From assembly GCA_034370385.1 (NCBI GenBank), contig JAXMKZ010000029.1:64088-128087 (forward strand): DNA of 64,000 nucleotides. Reading direction: 5' to 3'. Shown piece by piece: positions 28,657-38,033 of this stretch. Source of the stretch: Coriobacteriia bacterium (lineage in GTDB: Bacteria; Actinomycetota; Coriobacteriia; Anaerosomatales; PHET01). Position 1 is the stretch's first letter. Every line of letters starts with the position of its first letter. Both the position numbers and the translations under genes were made by a program. The notes beneath the pieces were generated by a model, which worked only from the letters and a program-made list of their open reading frames with translations, ran no database searches and was not told where the DNA came from.

Positions 28657-29577
28657 GTGCCGGACTCCGCCGACTCCGCCGAGGCCCCCTCGCTGTTCAG
28701 GCCGCTGTTCTCCGATGCCAAGGGCCGGGCGGTGGCGGCGCCGGAGTTCGGCGGCAACCCCGTGGCCGATACGCACGCGCATCTGGACATGCTCGACGAC
28801 CCGGGCGCGGCGCTCGCGCGAGCAGCGCTGGCCGGCGTGGGGTTCATCGCAACCGTGGCCGACGTCACCGAAGGTGCGGGGCGAACGTACGACAAGCTGC
28901 CCTCGTGGCTGGCCAATGCACGCGAACTGCTCGATGCTGCCGACTGCGCCTCGACGCCGTTGCCCCGCGTGCGCGTGGTGCTCGGCGCGCACCCGCACAA
29001 CGCGAAGGACTGGGACGCAGCAGCCGAATCCGAGTTTCGCAGGTTGGCGGCCGACCCGCTGACCTGCGCGGTCGGTGAACTCGGCTTGGATTTCCACTAC
29101 GACCACTCGCCGCGCACCACGCAGCGCGAGGCCATGCGCACGCACCTGGCGCTGGCTTCTGAGTTCGGGCTGCCCGGTGTCGTGCATCTCCGAGAGGCTC
29201 ACGACGATGGTGCCGCCATCATCGCCGACGTCGGCGCGCCGCCCGCGGGACTCATCCTCCACTGCTTCAACCTCGACCCGATCGCACTGGAGCCGTTCCT
29301 CGCGATGGGGTGTCACGTCAGTTTTGCCGGTCCGGTGACCTTCAAGAAGGCCGAAGAAGTCCGAGCGAGCGCGCGACTGGTGCCCGCAGGCAGGCTGCTC
29401 ACCGAGACGGACTGTCCGTTCATGGCTCCCGAACCGTTTCGCGGGCGCTCCTGCGAACCCGCGCTCGTCGCGTTCACCGCTGCCCGCGTAGCCCAAGCCC
29501 GGGATGAGCCGCCGGCGGAACTCGCTGCGCACACGTTCGCCGCCGCCCTCGAGCTGCTCGACACCTCGCGCGCATGA
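28657..29577 (+). CDS. tatD: TatD-family metal-dependent hydrolase/DNase
   Basis: GTG 28657. Motifs DTHAHLD, GELGLDFHY, HLREAH and TETDCPFMAP are present. The about 30-aa N-terminal extension is unusual. Confidence 0.9.
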   Translation: MPDSADSAEAPSLFRPLFSDAKGRAVAAPEFGGNPVADTHAHLDMLDDPGAALARAALAGVGFIATVADVTEGAGRTYDKLPSWLANARELLDAADCASTPLPRVRVVLGAHPHNAKDWDAAAESEFRRLAADPLTCAVGELGLDFHYDHSPRTTQREAMRTHLALASEFGLPGVVHLREAHDDGAAIIADVGAPPAGLILHCFNLDPIALEPFLAMGCHVSFAGPVTFKKAEEVRASARLVPAGRLLTETDCPFMAPEPFRGRSCEPALVAFTAARVAQARDEPPAELAAHTFAAALELLDTSRA

Positions 29578-30167
29578 GCGGCCCCCGGGTTCTGTGCATA
29601 GCCGGCAGCCCTCGCCGGCAAGGCAACTCGGATCGACTTCTTGACGCGCTGACGGTTGGCGTGACGGCGGCGGGCGGCACTCCGGTTCGGCTCGTCGCAT
29701 CCTCGCTCGGCATCGGGGGATGTGACGGATGCGGCGGATGCTCGGCGAGCGGAGAGTGCGTGACTGAGGACTCGATGGACGAGGTCTACGCGATGCTGGA
29801 CTCGGCACGGGCGATCGCCGTGGCCACGCCCGTCTACTTCGCCACCGTTCCCTCGCAGCTCAAGACGCTCATCGATCGCTGTCAGCCGTACTGGGCGCGC
29901 CGCTACATCCTGGGCGAGCCTGCGCCTGCCCGGAAGCGTCCGGGGGCGGTGCTGGTCGTAGGTGGGGGCGGCGATCCGTTCGGCACCAGCTGTGCCTTGG
30001 CACCGGTGCGAAGCGCCTTTGCGGTCCTCGGGGTCGACGGCAGCGTATCGCTCGAGATCGTCGGCGCAGACGGACCGGCCGACATCGAACTCCAGCACGA
30101 TACCCTCGAGCGGGCGATCACCATCGGTCGCGAACTCGTCGCGGCGGTCGGGGTGCACGGCCCCTGA
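29574..30167 (+). CDS. flavodoxin-like NADPH-dependent FMN reductase / iron-sulfur flavoprotein family protein
   Basis: The start overlaps the tatD stop. It shows the GSPRRQGNS motif, the Cys cluster CDGCGGCSASGEC and ATPVYF. Confidence 0.75.
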   Translation: MSGPRVLCIAGSPRRQGNSDRLLDALTVGVTAAGGTPVRLVASSLGIGGCDGCGGCSASGECVTEDSMDEVYAMLDSARAIAVATPVYFATVPSQLKTLIDRCQPYWARRYILGEPAPARKRPGAVLVVGGGGDPFGTSCALAPVRSAFAVLGVDGSVSLEIVGADGPADIELQHDTLERAITIGRELVAAVGVHGP

Positions 30168-30315
30168 GGGTCGCAAACAGCACTGCACGACCCCCCTAAC
30201 CGCAGTCGTTCCGTGACGACCTGCGCGTTTGCGTGACGTACCGCAAAAGGACTAGCATCGAGACTCCCCTCGTTACCGGGTGGTTGCCATGTCGTCGATT
30301 GATTGAGGCTTTTGG

Positions 30316-31350
30316 ATGAGGGTACGGCCGACTCGCTCGGCGCGGTCCCAGAAGGCACAACATCTCATCGCAGCTCTCGTTCCAGCACTCATCATCACAC
30401 TCAGCATCACGGGATTCGTGTGGGCTCAGAAAGAGGTCACGGTCGTCGTGAACGGCCAGACCTTCCATATGAGGACTCAGGCCGCCGACATCGCCGGCCT
30501 TCTCGAAGAAGCGGGTATCGAAGTCGATGCCGCGGACCTCGTGACACCCTCCCTTGATTCGCCGCTCGATTCAACCACCACGGTGCTCGTTCGGCACTCG
30601 GTTCCGGTGACGCTCGATCTGGGCGGAAGCCAGATGCAGCTTGACGTCGTGGGCGAGAGCGTCGCCGATGCACTCGTAGCAGCGGGCACGGATCCCGCCG
30701 CGAACCCCGGCGTGACACCGCCGCTCGAGGCTCCCCTTCGTCCCGGGATGACGGTGCACGTGCCCGACGTCTTCGTACGGGTCACCCAGCAGGAGGCTAC
30801 GCTCCCCGCGCCGGTTCGCTACGAAAAGGACTCGGCGCTTCCCGAGGGCACGAAGCAGGTGATCACCAAGGGCCGTTCCGGCAAGGTCATGCGGGTCTAT
30901 CGGGTTCTGGTGACCAACGGGGTCGAAGGCACGGCGACGCTCAGCGCGGTCAAGACCATGGTGAAGCCGATCAGCCGCGTGGTCGCGGTCGGCACCGCGC
31001 GCAAGGGTGCGAGCCTGCTGTCGGTGATGAACCTCAAGGGCCGGGGTGGTTCGACGAAGCCGCCGGTCGGCGGACGCCGGATGCGTGTCGAGGCGACGGG
31101 CTACAGCGCCAAGGAGCCGGGTCTCGGGCCCACCACCGCGACGGGTGCACCCGCCGTCCGCGGGGTCATCGCCGTCGATCCGCGTGTCATCCCGCTTCGG
31201 TCCCGGGTCTACATCCCCGGCTACGGATACGCTATCGCCTCCGACACGGGCGGCGCCATCAAGGGCGCCCGTATCGACCTGTGCTTCGACACGGTTGCAG
31301 AATGCAACCAGTGGGGCCGTCGGCCCGTGACCATCATCATCCTCGACTGA
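30316..31350 (+). CDS. YabE-like cell-wall protein (DUF348 repeats, G5 domain, C-terminal 3D domain)
   Basis: An N-terminal TM helix is followed by two ubiquitin-like DUF348 segments (VTVVVNGQTF..., VLVRHSVPVTLDLGG...). A G5-like segment follows (YEKDSALPEGTKQVITKGRSGK). The C-terminal 3D/MltA-like segment reads ATGYSA...GVIAVDPRVIPLRSRVYIPGYGYAIASDTGGAIKGARIDL. Confidence 0.8.
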   Translation: MRVRPTRSARSQKAQHLIAALVPALIITLSITGFVWAQKEVTVVVNGQTFHMRTQAADIAGLLEEAGIEVDAADLVTPSLDSPLDSTTTVLVRHSVPVTLDLGGSQMQLDVVGESVADALVAAGTDPAANPGVTPPLEAPLRPGMTVHVPDVFVRVTQQEATLPAPVRYEKDSALPEGTKQVITKGRSGKVMRVYRVLVTNGVEGTATLSAVKTMVKPISRVVAVGTARKGASLLSVMNLKGRGGSTKPPVGGRRMRVEATGYSAKEPGLGPTTATGAPAVRGVIAVDPRVIPLRSRVYIPGYGYAIASDTGGAIKGARIDLCFDTVAECNQWGRRPVTIIILD

Positions 31351-31351
31351 G

Positions 31352-32203
31352 GTGCCTGTCTCGCCGCTCGCCAGTCCCTCGGCAACTATCGCTGTGCTGG
31401 CGCGGCACGGTCTGTCGACGAAGAAGTCCCTAGGTCAGCACTTCCTGGTGGACGACAACATCGTCGGCCGCATCATCGAGCTGGCCGCGTTGTCGGGGGA
31501 AGAGACGGTGCTCGAGGTCGGACCCGGGATCGGGACTCTGACGGTGCCCTTGTGCGAGCACGCGCACGCCGTGGTCGCGGTGGAACGCGATCGTGACCTC
31601 GAGCCGGTGCTGGCGCAGACCACCAGCGGATGCCCTCGCTTCGCCTTGGTTCACGCGGATGCAGTGGAGGTGACGGCGGCACAGGTAGCCGGCCCGTTCG
31701 GCCCGCCGTCCGCGCTCGTCGCGAACCTGCCGTACCAGGTGGCCGCGACGGTGGTGCTGCGCTTCTTCCAGGAGTTCACCTCGCTCGAGCAGGCCACGGT
31801 CATGGTGCAGTCCGAGGTCGCCGATCGAATGGCAGCGCAACCCGGTACGAAGGCGTACGGTTCCTACACCGTCAAGCTCAGGCTGCTCGCTTCGCCACGC
31901 GGCCGCTTCGCGGTGGCTCCGGGGTGCTTTTTGCCGCCGCCGCGTGTCGACAGTGCGGTCTTGCGGCTGGAGCGCAGTCCGCTCAGCGACGATGCCGCCC
32001 TCATCGCAGCCGCTTCGCGAGTGGCCGACTGCGCATTCGCGCAGAGGCGCAAGACCATTCGCAACTCGCTCAAAGCGACGCTCGGGGTCGACACGGGGCT
32101 GTTGGACGCCGCGCTCAGCGCGACCGGCATCGACGGAAGGGTTCGCGCTGAGACGCTGCCCCCGGAGGCGTTCATCGAGCTGGCTGCCGCGCTAGCGGTC
32201 TGA
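31352..32203 (+). CDS. rsmA: 16S rRNA (adenine1518/1519-N6)-dimethyltransferase
   Basis: Motifs LGQHFL, the SAM motif VLEVGPGIGTLT, and NLPYQV are present. Confidence 0.9.
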   Translation: MPVSPLASPSATIAVLARHGLSTKKSLGQHFLVDDNIVGRIIELAALSGEETVLEVGPGIGTLTVPLCEHAHAVVAVERDRDLEPVLAQTTSGCPRFALVHADAVEVTAAQVAGPFGPPSALVANLPYQVAATVVLRFFQEFTSLEQATVMVQSEVADRMAAQPGTKAYGSYTVKLRLLASPRGRFAVAPGCFLPPPRVDSAVLRLERSPLSDDAALIAAASRVADCAFAQRRKTIRNSLKATLGVDTGLLDAALSATGIDGRVRAETLPPEAFIELAAALAV

Positions 32204-32285
32204 GCCCCGGAGCGAAGCGGCGGCGGCCTGCTGTAAACCTGCGGCAAACCTGGGGTTTCGACTAGCATTTTGCCTGTTCATGCTC

Positions 32286-32291
32286 TATAAT
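32286..32291 (+). promoter_or_regulatory. -10 box candidate (TATAAT) for veg
   Basis: A perfect TATAAT lies 30 nt upstream of ATG 32321, with RBS AAGGGAGG at 32305-32312. I found no good -35 element (TAGCAT at 17 bp). Confidence 0.4.
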
Positions 32292-32320
32292 CGCCACTCG
32301 AACCAAGGGAGGTTTGACCT

Positions 32321-32602
32321 ATGGAGTTTTCTGGGCAGGCCGAGGTCGTCGGGCGCATTCGTTCGGACCTCGAGGGGATGACCGGCTCGCGTGTACGTGT
32401 ACGGGCGAACATGGGGCGCTCCAAGATCGTCGAGCGCGAGGGTGTACTTATGCAGACCCATCCGTCCCTGTTCGTGGTTGAGGTCGATGAGAAGCGTTCT
32501 CGCACCGCTCGGGCTTCGTATCAGTACGTCGACGTGCTCACCCGCACGGTCGAACTCACGCACCCCGAAAGTGGAGAATCCGTCTTTCCCTGGCTCAACT
32601 AG
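32321..32602 (+). CDS. veg: Veg protein
   Basis: 93 aa with ...IRSDLEGMTGSRVRVRANMGRSKIVEREGVLMQTHPSLFVVEVD...SYQYVDVLT, matching the Veg family pattern and the Bacillus gene order. Confidence 0.85.
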   Translation: MEFSGQAEVVGRIRSDLEGMTGSRVRVRANMGRSKIVEREGVLMQTHPSLFVVEVDEKRSRTARASYQYVDVLTRTVELTHPESGESVFPWLN

Positions 32603-32682
32603 CGTCACTTGTCAGCGATTTCGACTGAATCGAGCGCGGCGGCCGTTTCGGCTCCGCGCTCGTCGTCGTCCGGGGGTCGGCT

Positions 32683-33549
32683 GTGAGGCTCATCGCACCT
32701 GCGAAGATCAACCTGCTCCTTGCCGTGGGCGGAGTGCGCCCTGACGGCTACCACGACGTGACGACGGTGCTCCATGCGCTCGAACTCGCGGACGAGGTGA
32801 CGATCGAGCCTAGCGATGCGCTCGAGCTGGAATGCGATCGCGATCTCGGTGTGGCCCCGGAGTCCAACCTCGCCTACCGGGCGGCGGCGGCGCTCGGTGC
32901 TGTCGTGGGACGCGTGCCGCGCGTGCGCATCAGGCTCGCGAAGATCATCCCCCACGGGGCCGGGCTTGGCGGCGGCTCCAGTGACGCCGCGGCCGTGCTG
33001 GCAGGGCTTGCAGCCGAGTGGGGGCTCGTGCGGACCGACCCCCGGGTCATCGAGGTTGCCGCATCACTGGGGGCAGACGTGGCGTTCTTCCTGTCCGAGA
33101 CGCCCTGCGCGCTCATGACCGAACGCGGCGACCGACTCGCGCGAAGTTTCGCGGGCTTCCCCGGATTCGCCGTGGTCCTGGTCAAGCCGCCGGAGGCCGT
33201 GTCGACGGCGGCTGCGTACGCCGCCTTCGATCGTGCACCGGTGCCTGCGACCGCTGCCGACGCAATGGCAGCCGCCCTCGACAGCCTTGACGAAGCCGCG
33301 ATGCTCGGCGCACTCGCAAACAATCTTGAGCGCGCAGCGAGTGACGTCGTCGGTGCGGTGGGCGAGGCGCTCGAATGGGTCGGCTCGCTGCCGGGCGTAC
33401 ACCGCGCCATCGTCGCAGGCTCGGGCTCCGCCTGTGTCGCCTTGTGCGAAGATGACCGGGTCGCCTCCGGAATCGCGGTCGCAGCGAAGGACCGCGGGCT
33501 GTGGAGCGCGGCGACGAGGCTCGGACGAACCGGTGTGCGCATCAGGTGA
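32683..33549 (+). CDS. ispE: 4-(cytidine 5'-diphospho)-2-C-methyl-D-erythritol kinase
   Basis: It begins APAKINLLL, has YHDV, and carries the GHMP kinase motif IPHGAGLGGGSSDAAAVL. Confidence 0.9.
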   Translation: MRLIAPAKINLLLAVGGVRPDGYHDVTTVLHALELADEVTIEPSDALELECDRDLGVAPESNLAYRAAAALGAVVGRVPRVRIRLAKIIPHGAGLGGGSSDAAAVLAGLAAEWGLVRTDPRVIEVAASLGADVAFFLSETPCALMTERGDRLARSFAGFPGFAVVLVKPPEAVSTAAAYAAFDRAPVPATAADAMAAALDSLDEAAMLGALANNLERAASDVVGAVGEALEWVGSLPGVHRAIVAGSGSACVALCEDDRVASGIAVAAKDRGLWSAATRLGRTGVRIR

Positions 33550-33566
33550 TAGGGGAGGGGCCTAGA

Positions 33567-34349
33567 ATGCAGGTTGACGCGGTGGTGCTCTCGGGCGGCG
33601 AAGGCGCCGTGATCGATCCCGCGGTGAGCATCAAGGGGCTTGTGCCGGTGGCGGGCAAGCCGATGGTCGAGTGGGTCGTCGAGGCACTGAGGGCGGCTGA
33701 GACCATCGGGGGCATCGCCGTGGTCGTCCCGAGCGCAGAGAACCTTGGATCCTGGGTGGACAAGGCTGACAAGATCGTCGTGTCCGACCAGCGCTTCGCC
33801 GACAACATCTTCGCAGGGGTGGACTCTTTTCGTTCCGCCCGGCGTACGCTCGTCTCGACCGGAGATCTGCCAGCGCTCACTCCGGAGGCGATTGACGACT
33901 TCGTCACGCGGTCTATCGAGGCCAAGGCCGACTTCAGCTACCCGCTGATTCGCGAGGAGGACATGGCGCGGCAGTTCCCCGGCTCGGAGCGCACGTACGT
34001 GCGCATCGAGGGCGGGAAGGTGACCGGCGGCAACATGGGGGTGCTCTCGCCGGACCTGGTCGCCCGGAACCGCGATATCGGCCAGCGCCTGTTCGAGACT
34101 CGCAAGAGCCCGTTTGCGATGGCCCGGGTCATCGGATTCCCCTTCATCTTCAAGCTTCTGTCGGGTCGCCTTCGTCCTGCCGATGTCGAGGCGAAGATGG
34201 CGCAGCTCATGGGCGGCAACTGCGTGGCGCTCTACACCGAGCACGCCTGCATCGGGGCCGATGTCGACAAGCCGATCGATGTCGTTGTCGCGGAGAGAGT
34301 GATGTTCGAGCGCGCTGACGGAAGGATTCGAACGGGAAACGCAGAATAG
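33567..34349 (+). CDS. MobA-like/NTP-transferase family nucleotidyltransferase (substrate unknown)
   Basis: Uses the internal ATG at 33567 after AGGGGAGGGG. The N-terminus is AVVLSGGEG...LVPVAGKPMVEW. It occupies the position of purR/yabJ in the Bacillus order. Confidence 0.65.
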   Translation: MQVDAVVLSGGEGAVIDPAVSIKGLVPVAGKPMVEWVVEALRAAETIGGIAVVVPSAENLGSWVDKADKIVVSDQRFADNIFAGVDSFRSARRTLVSTGDLPALTPEAIDDFVTRSIEAKADFSYPLIREEDMARQFPGSERTYVRIEGGKVTGGNMGVLSPDLVARNRDIGQRLFETRKSPFAMARVIGFPFIFKLLSGRLRPADVEAKMAQLMGGNCVALYTEHACIGADVDKPIDVVVAERVMFERADGRIRTGNAE

Positions 34350-34416
34350 CGAGAGGAGTGGACGTGTGTGCCTAACCTTGACTGCGGGGGCAGTCCGGCT
34401 GCAAAAAGGGGGGGTC

Positions 34417-34719
34417 ATGGATATCACCAAGGTCACGCTGCGCCCCGTGGACATGAACAAGGTGGTGGCCATCGCCAGTATCGTCATCGATGACTGCTTC
34501 GTGATTCACGACCTACGGGTCGTCAACGGCGACAAGGGCTTGTTCGTAGCTATGCCTTCTCGGAAGCTGCCCAACGGCGAGTTCCGCGACATCTGTCATC
34601 CCATCAGTACCGAGGCGCGAAGCGACATACAGTCGGCGGTGCTCTCGGAGTTCGAAGCAGAAGGTGGGCTCGGCTCGTTCCCTCCGGCTGACGTCGCCGA
34701 GGAGCCGCTCGGCTCCTAG
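34417..34719 (+). CDS. spoVG: SpoVG-family regulator
   Basis: Uses the internal ATG at 34417. The sequence MDITKVTLRPV...KVVAIASIVIDDCFVIHDLRVVNGDKGLFVAMPSRKLPNGEFRDICHPI is the canonical SpoVG pattern. Confidence 0.9.
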   Translation: MDITKVTLRPVDMNKVVAIASIVIDDCFVIHDLRVVNGDKGLFVAMPSRKLPNGEFRDICHPISTEARSDIQSAVLSEFEAEGGLGSFPPADVAEEPLGS

Positions 34720-34763
34720 AGTCTCATTCCGCGGTGCGATTTCAGGCCTTCTCGCCTGCGCGG

Positions 34764-34793
34764 TTGACGCGCCTTCCACGCGCTCCCTACACT
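34764..34793 (+). promoter_or_regulatory. sigma-70-type promoter candidate for tRNA-Gln
   Basis: TTGACG (34764-34769), an 18-bp spacer, then TACACT (34788-34793). The tRNA 5' end lies 13 nt downstream. Confidence 0.45.
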
Positions 34794-34805
34794 TCACGGG
34801 CGCGT

Positions 34806-34879
34806 TGGGGCATCGTCTAACGGCAGGACACGGGATTTTGGTTCCCGTTATCCAGGTTCGAATCCTGGTGCCCCAGCCA
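34806..34879 (+). tRNA. tRNA-Gln (anticodon UUG), CCA encoded
   Basis: I folded the cloverleaf by hand. Acceptor TGGGGCA/TGCCCCA, D stem GTCT/GGAC, anticodon stem CGGGA/TCCCG with loop TTTTGGT, T arm CCAGG-TTCGAAT-CCTGG, discriminator G plus CCA. Total length is 74 nt. Confidence 0.9.
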
Positions 34880-34923
34880 TCGCGCAGCCGCCGTGAGCGT
34901 GCACGTTCACCCGAGGGGACGAC

Positions 34924-36297
34924 ATGACCGCCACCGCTCTGATCCTCGCAGCCGGCGAGGGAACCCGCATGAACTCCGACACGCCCAAGGTCGCTCATCG
35001 CGTCTTAGGCGTGCCCATGGTCTCGCTCGTCGTCGACACCGCCCGACGGGCCGGGTGCGACCGCGTCGTGATCGTAACCGGCCACAAAGCCGAAGTGGTC
35101 GAGGAGCTGCTCGCCGGTGAACTCTGCGTGAGGCAGGATCGCCAGCTGGGAACCGGTCACGCGGTCATGTGCGCCGAAGATGCGCTTGCTGATGTCAGCG
35201 GATCGCTTGTCGTGCTCTCGGGCGACACGCCTCTCATGTCCGCCGAGACGGTCTCCGGGCTGATCGCCCTGCGCGAATCATCGGGCGCCGCGTGCACGGT
35301 GCTCACCACCCGCATGGGACATCCCACCGGCTACGGGCGCATCGTGCGCGACCGCGCGGGCGAGGTCCAGACCATCGTCGAGGAGAAGGACTGCACGCCG
35401 GAGCAACGCGCCATCACCGAGGTGAACACCGGCACCTACTGCTTCGACACACGCGTCATCTTCGCGCACCTCAAGAAGCTCACGACCGACAACGCGCAGG
35501 GCGAGTACTACCTGACCGACATGCTCAAAGTGTTCCGAGCGGAGGGACTCTCGGTGGGCGCGATGGTCACCGACGACCCGCTCGAGACGATCGGTGTGAA
35601 CTCAAGAGAGCAGCTGGCCGAGGCGACCAGTGTGCTTCAGCACCGCATCAATCGACGGTGGATGCAAAAGGGCGTCAGCATGACCGATCCGGGGCTCGTG
35701 TGGATCGGCCCGCTCGTCGCAGTGGGCCGCGACGTCGAGATACTCCCGATGACGTTCCTGACGGGTACAACGCGCATCGGCGACCGCGTGACGCTGGGTC
35801 CGAACACACGCATCGCTGACTCGATCGTGGAGGACGACGCCGTCATCGACTCGAGCGTGGTAGTCGAGGCACACGTCGGTCCACGGGCGAGCGTCGGCCC
35901 CGTGGCGTACCTTCGGCCCGGAGCTGTGCTTGAGGCCGGAGCCAAGGTCGGCACGAGCGTCGAGATCAAGAAGTCCACGATCGGAGAGGGCAGCAAGGTG
36001 CCCCACCTGTCCTATATCGGCGATGCGCGCATCGGACGTGGGGTGAACGTCGGAGCGGGGACCATCACCTGCAACTACGACGGGCAGCGCAAGCACGCCA
36101 CGGTGATCGGGGACGGAGCGTTCGTCGGCTCTGATACGATGCTCGTAGCGCCGGTCACGATCGGCGAAGGTGCCGTAACGGGGGCCGGGAGCGCCATTAC
36201 TCGCGACGTCCCACCGGGAGCGCTTGCGGTTGAGCGGTCTGAGGTTCGCGTCGTCGAGGGCTGGACGGCGCGCAGGGATGGGAAGAAGAGCGAGTAG
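34924..36297 (+). CDS. glmU: bifunctional UDP-N-acetylglucosamine pyrophosphorylase / glucosamine-1-phosphate N-acetyltransferase
   Basis: It begins LAAGEGTRM, has YYLTD, and carries C-terminal left-handed beta-helix hexapeptide repeats. Confidence 0.95.
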   Translation: MTATALILAAGEGTRMNSDTPKVAHRVLGVPMVSLVVDTARRAGCDRVVIVTGHKAEVVEELLAGELCVRQDRQLGTGHAVMCAEDALADVSGSLVVLSGDTPLMSAETVSGLIALRESSGAACTVLTTRMGHPTGYGRIVRDRAGEVQTIVEEKDCTPEQRAITEVNTGTYCFDTRVIFAHLKKLTTDNAQGEYYLTDMLKVFRAEGLSVGAMVTDDPLETIGVNSREQLAEATSVLQHRINRRWMQKGVSMTDPGLVWIGPLVAVGRDVEILPMTFLTGTTRIGDRVTLGPNTRIADSIVEDDAVIDSSVVVEAHVGPRASVGPVAYLRPGAVLEAGAKVGTSVEIKKSTIGEGSKVPHLSYIGDARIGRGVNVGAGTITCNYDGQRKHATVIGDGAFVGSDTMLVAPVTIGEGAVTGAGSAITRDVPPGALAVERSEVRVVEGWTARRDGKKSE

Positions 36298-36300
36298 AGC

Positions 36301-37293
36301 GTGCCCGCGTCTAAGGAGTGGATGCAAGCGATGGTCGATCGATCCAAGCGGATGATGCTGTTCTCCGGTACGTCCAATCCTGAGCTGGCCGAGGATGTCT
36401 CGCGCCAACTCGGCGTCGAATTGGGCAACATCAAGATCCGGCAGTTCGCCAACGGCGAAATCTACGTGCGCTACCTCGAAAGCGTTCGCGGTGCACACGT
36501 GTTTCTCGTCCAGTCGGTGACACATCCGGTCAACGACACCCTGATGGAACTGCTCATCATGGTGGACGCGGCCAAGCGAGCCTCCGCCGAGACGATCACC
36601 GCGGTGATTCCCCACTTCGGTTACGCGCGACAGGACAAGAAGAGCGCTGCCCGCGAGCCCATCACCGCCAAGCTCGTGGCGGACCTGCTCACCACGGCCG
36701 GGGTGGACCGCGTGATCACGATGGACCTGCATCAGGGTCAGATCCAGGGGTTCTTCGATCAGCCGGTCAACCACCTGACGGCGCTGCCGATCCTCGCGGA
36801 CTACTTCGAGTCACTGCACCTGGACAACTGCTGTGTGGTCTCGCCCGACGTCGGGCGCGCCAAGGCGTGCCTAAAGCTCGCCGAGATGCTAGGCTGTCCG
36901 CTCGCGATCATGCACAAGGGGCGTCCGGAGCACAACGTCGCTGAGATCACGCACGTCATCGGCGACGTCGCCGGCCGCATCTGTATCGTGGCTGACGACA
37001 TCATCGACACGGCGGGTTCGGTGACCGAAGGTGCGAAAGCGCTCGTCAACGCCGGAGCGACGAGTATCTACGTCACGGCGACGCACGGGGTCTTCTCGCC
37101 TCCGGCTTACGAGAGAATCGACTCGTCGCCGGTGGTCGAGGTGGTCGTCACGAACACCGTGCCGGTGGCGGCCGAGCGCCGACACGGAAAGATACGCGTC
37201 TTGTCGGTGGCGCCGCTGATCGCGGCGGCTGTTGACAATGTGTTTAACGACGAGAGCGTCTCGGAGTTGTTCGACCCTGATTTCCAGTTGTGA
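36301..37293 (+). CDS. prs: ribose-phosphate pyrophosphokinase
   Basis: Motifs LFSGTSNPELA, PHFGYARQD, DLHQGQIQGFF and the PRPP loop VADDIIDTAGS are present. The start is uncertain (GTG 36301 or a downstream ATG). Confidence 0.9.
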   Translation: MPASKEWMQAMVDRSKRMMLFSGTSNPELAEDVSRQLGVELGNIKIRQFANGEIYVRYLESVRGAHVFLVQSVTHPVNDTLMELLIMVDAAKRASAETITAVIPHFGYARQDKKSAAREPITAKLVADLLTTAGVDRVITMDLHQGQIQGFFDQPVNHLTALPILADYFESLHLDNCCVVSPDVGRAKACLKLAEMLGCPLAIMHKGRPEHNVAEITHVIGDVAGRICIVADDIIDTAGSVTEGAKALVNAGATSIYVTATHGVFSPPAYERIDSSPVVEVVVTNTVPVAAERRHGKIRVLSVAPLIAAAVDNVFNDESVSELFDPDFQL

Positions 37294-37362
37294 CAGACCC
37301 CGCCCCGGAAGCGGGCAGGACCGTAACGGATGCGCGACCCGCGCACGACAAGGAGCCCTAGA

Positions 37363-37995
37363 ATGAGCAAAGCAAGCGAAATCACCGTCACCCCCCGGAC
37401 TGTGGTCGGCAAGACCGCCCACCGTCTCGCTGCAGTCGGCCAGATCCCTGCGGTGCTGTACGGTGTCGGCCGCGAGGCGATGCCGATGGCTGTGGACCGC
37501 CATGCCTTCGAGCTGTGGGCCACGCACCACGCCTCCGGTTCCGGCATGGTCGAGCTGAAGGTCGAGGGCGAGAAGAAGCCCGTCAACGCCATGGTGCGCG
37601 AGATTCAGCGCTCTGCGGTCAAGGGCACCATCCTTCACGTCGACTTCCTCGCGGTTTCGATGGACAAGCCGATTCACGCCAACGTCCCGCTGCATCTGGT
37701 CAACGACCCCGAGGGTGTCAGGGCGGGTGGCGTGCTCACCGTCAACATCCATGAGCTCAACGTCGAGGCGCTTCCCGCCGAGCTGCCGGAGTCGATGGAG
37801 TGGGATGTCTCGGGGATGATGGTGGGCGACACGCTCCACGTCCGCGATATCGTGGCGCCGAAGGGAATCACCCTGCTCGACGAGCCGGAAGGTATCGTCG
37901 CATCGGTGCAGATACCGCGTCTTGAGGTTGAGGAGACCACCGAAGAGCTGACCGAGCCCGAGGTCATCGGTTCGAAGCCCGCCGACGAGGAGTAG
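37363..37995 (+). CDS. rplY: 50S ribosomal protein L25 / general stress protein Ctc
   Basis: Uses the internal ATG at 37363 after AAGGAG. It has an L25 N-domain (GQIPAVLYG) and a long Ctc-type C-terminal domain with an acidic tail. Confidence 0.9.
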   Translation: MSKASEITVTPRTVVGKTAHRLAAVGQIPAVLYGVGREAMPMAVDRHAFELWATHHASGSGMVELKVEGEKKPVNAMVREIQRSAVKGTILHVDFLAVSMDKPIHANVPLHLVNDPEGVRAGGVLTVNIHELNVEALPAELPESMEWDVSGMMVGDTLHVRDIVAPKGITLLDEPEGIVASVQIPRLEVEETTEELTEPEVIGSKPADEE

Positions 37996-38033
37996 CGCGA
38001 AAACGTGATCTGTCGCACCGTGGTGCGCGCCTC

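Noticed and set aside
30168-30315. ydaO-type c-di-AMP riboswitch upstream of the yabE-like G5/3D gene
   Set aside because: The length (148 nt) and gene context fit. However, I could not find the conserved cores (ACGGGG/GGGGA..CCA, CCCGA..GCUAAC-like segments) by eye. It is left as something for cmsearch to test, not a call.
32874-34487. 537-aa minus-strand ORF, the longest antisense ORF in the track
   Set aside because: It lies opposite the well-supported ispE and NTP-transferase genes. Its product is Arg/Ala/Ser/Pro-rich low complexity with no recognisable motif. Long stop-free antisense frames are expected at this G+C content.
34764-34879. tRNA-Gln as a possible integration hotspot or island boundary
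   Set aside because: No integrase, direct repeat of the tRNA 3' end, or compositional shift is present on either side. The flanking genes (spoVG, glmU) are core and syntenic.
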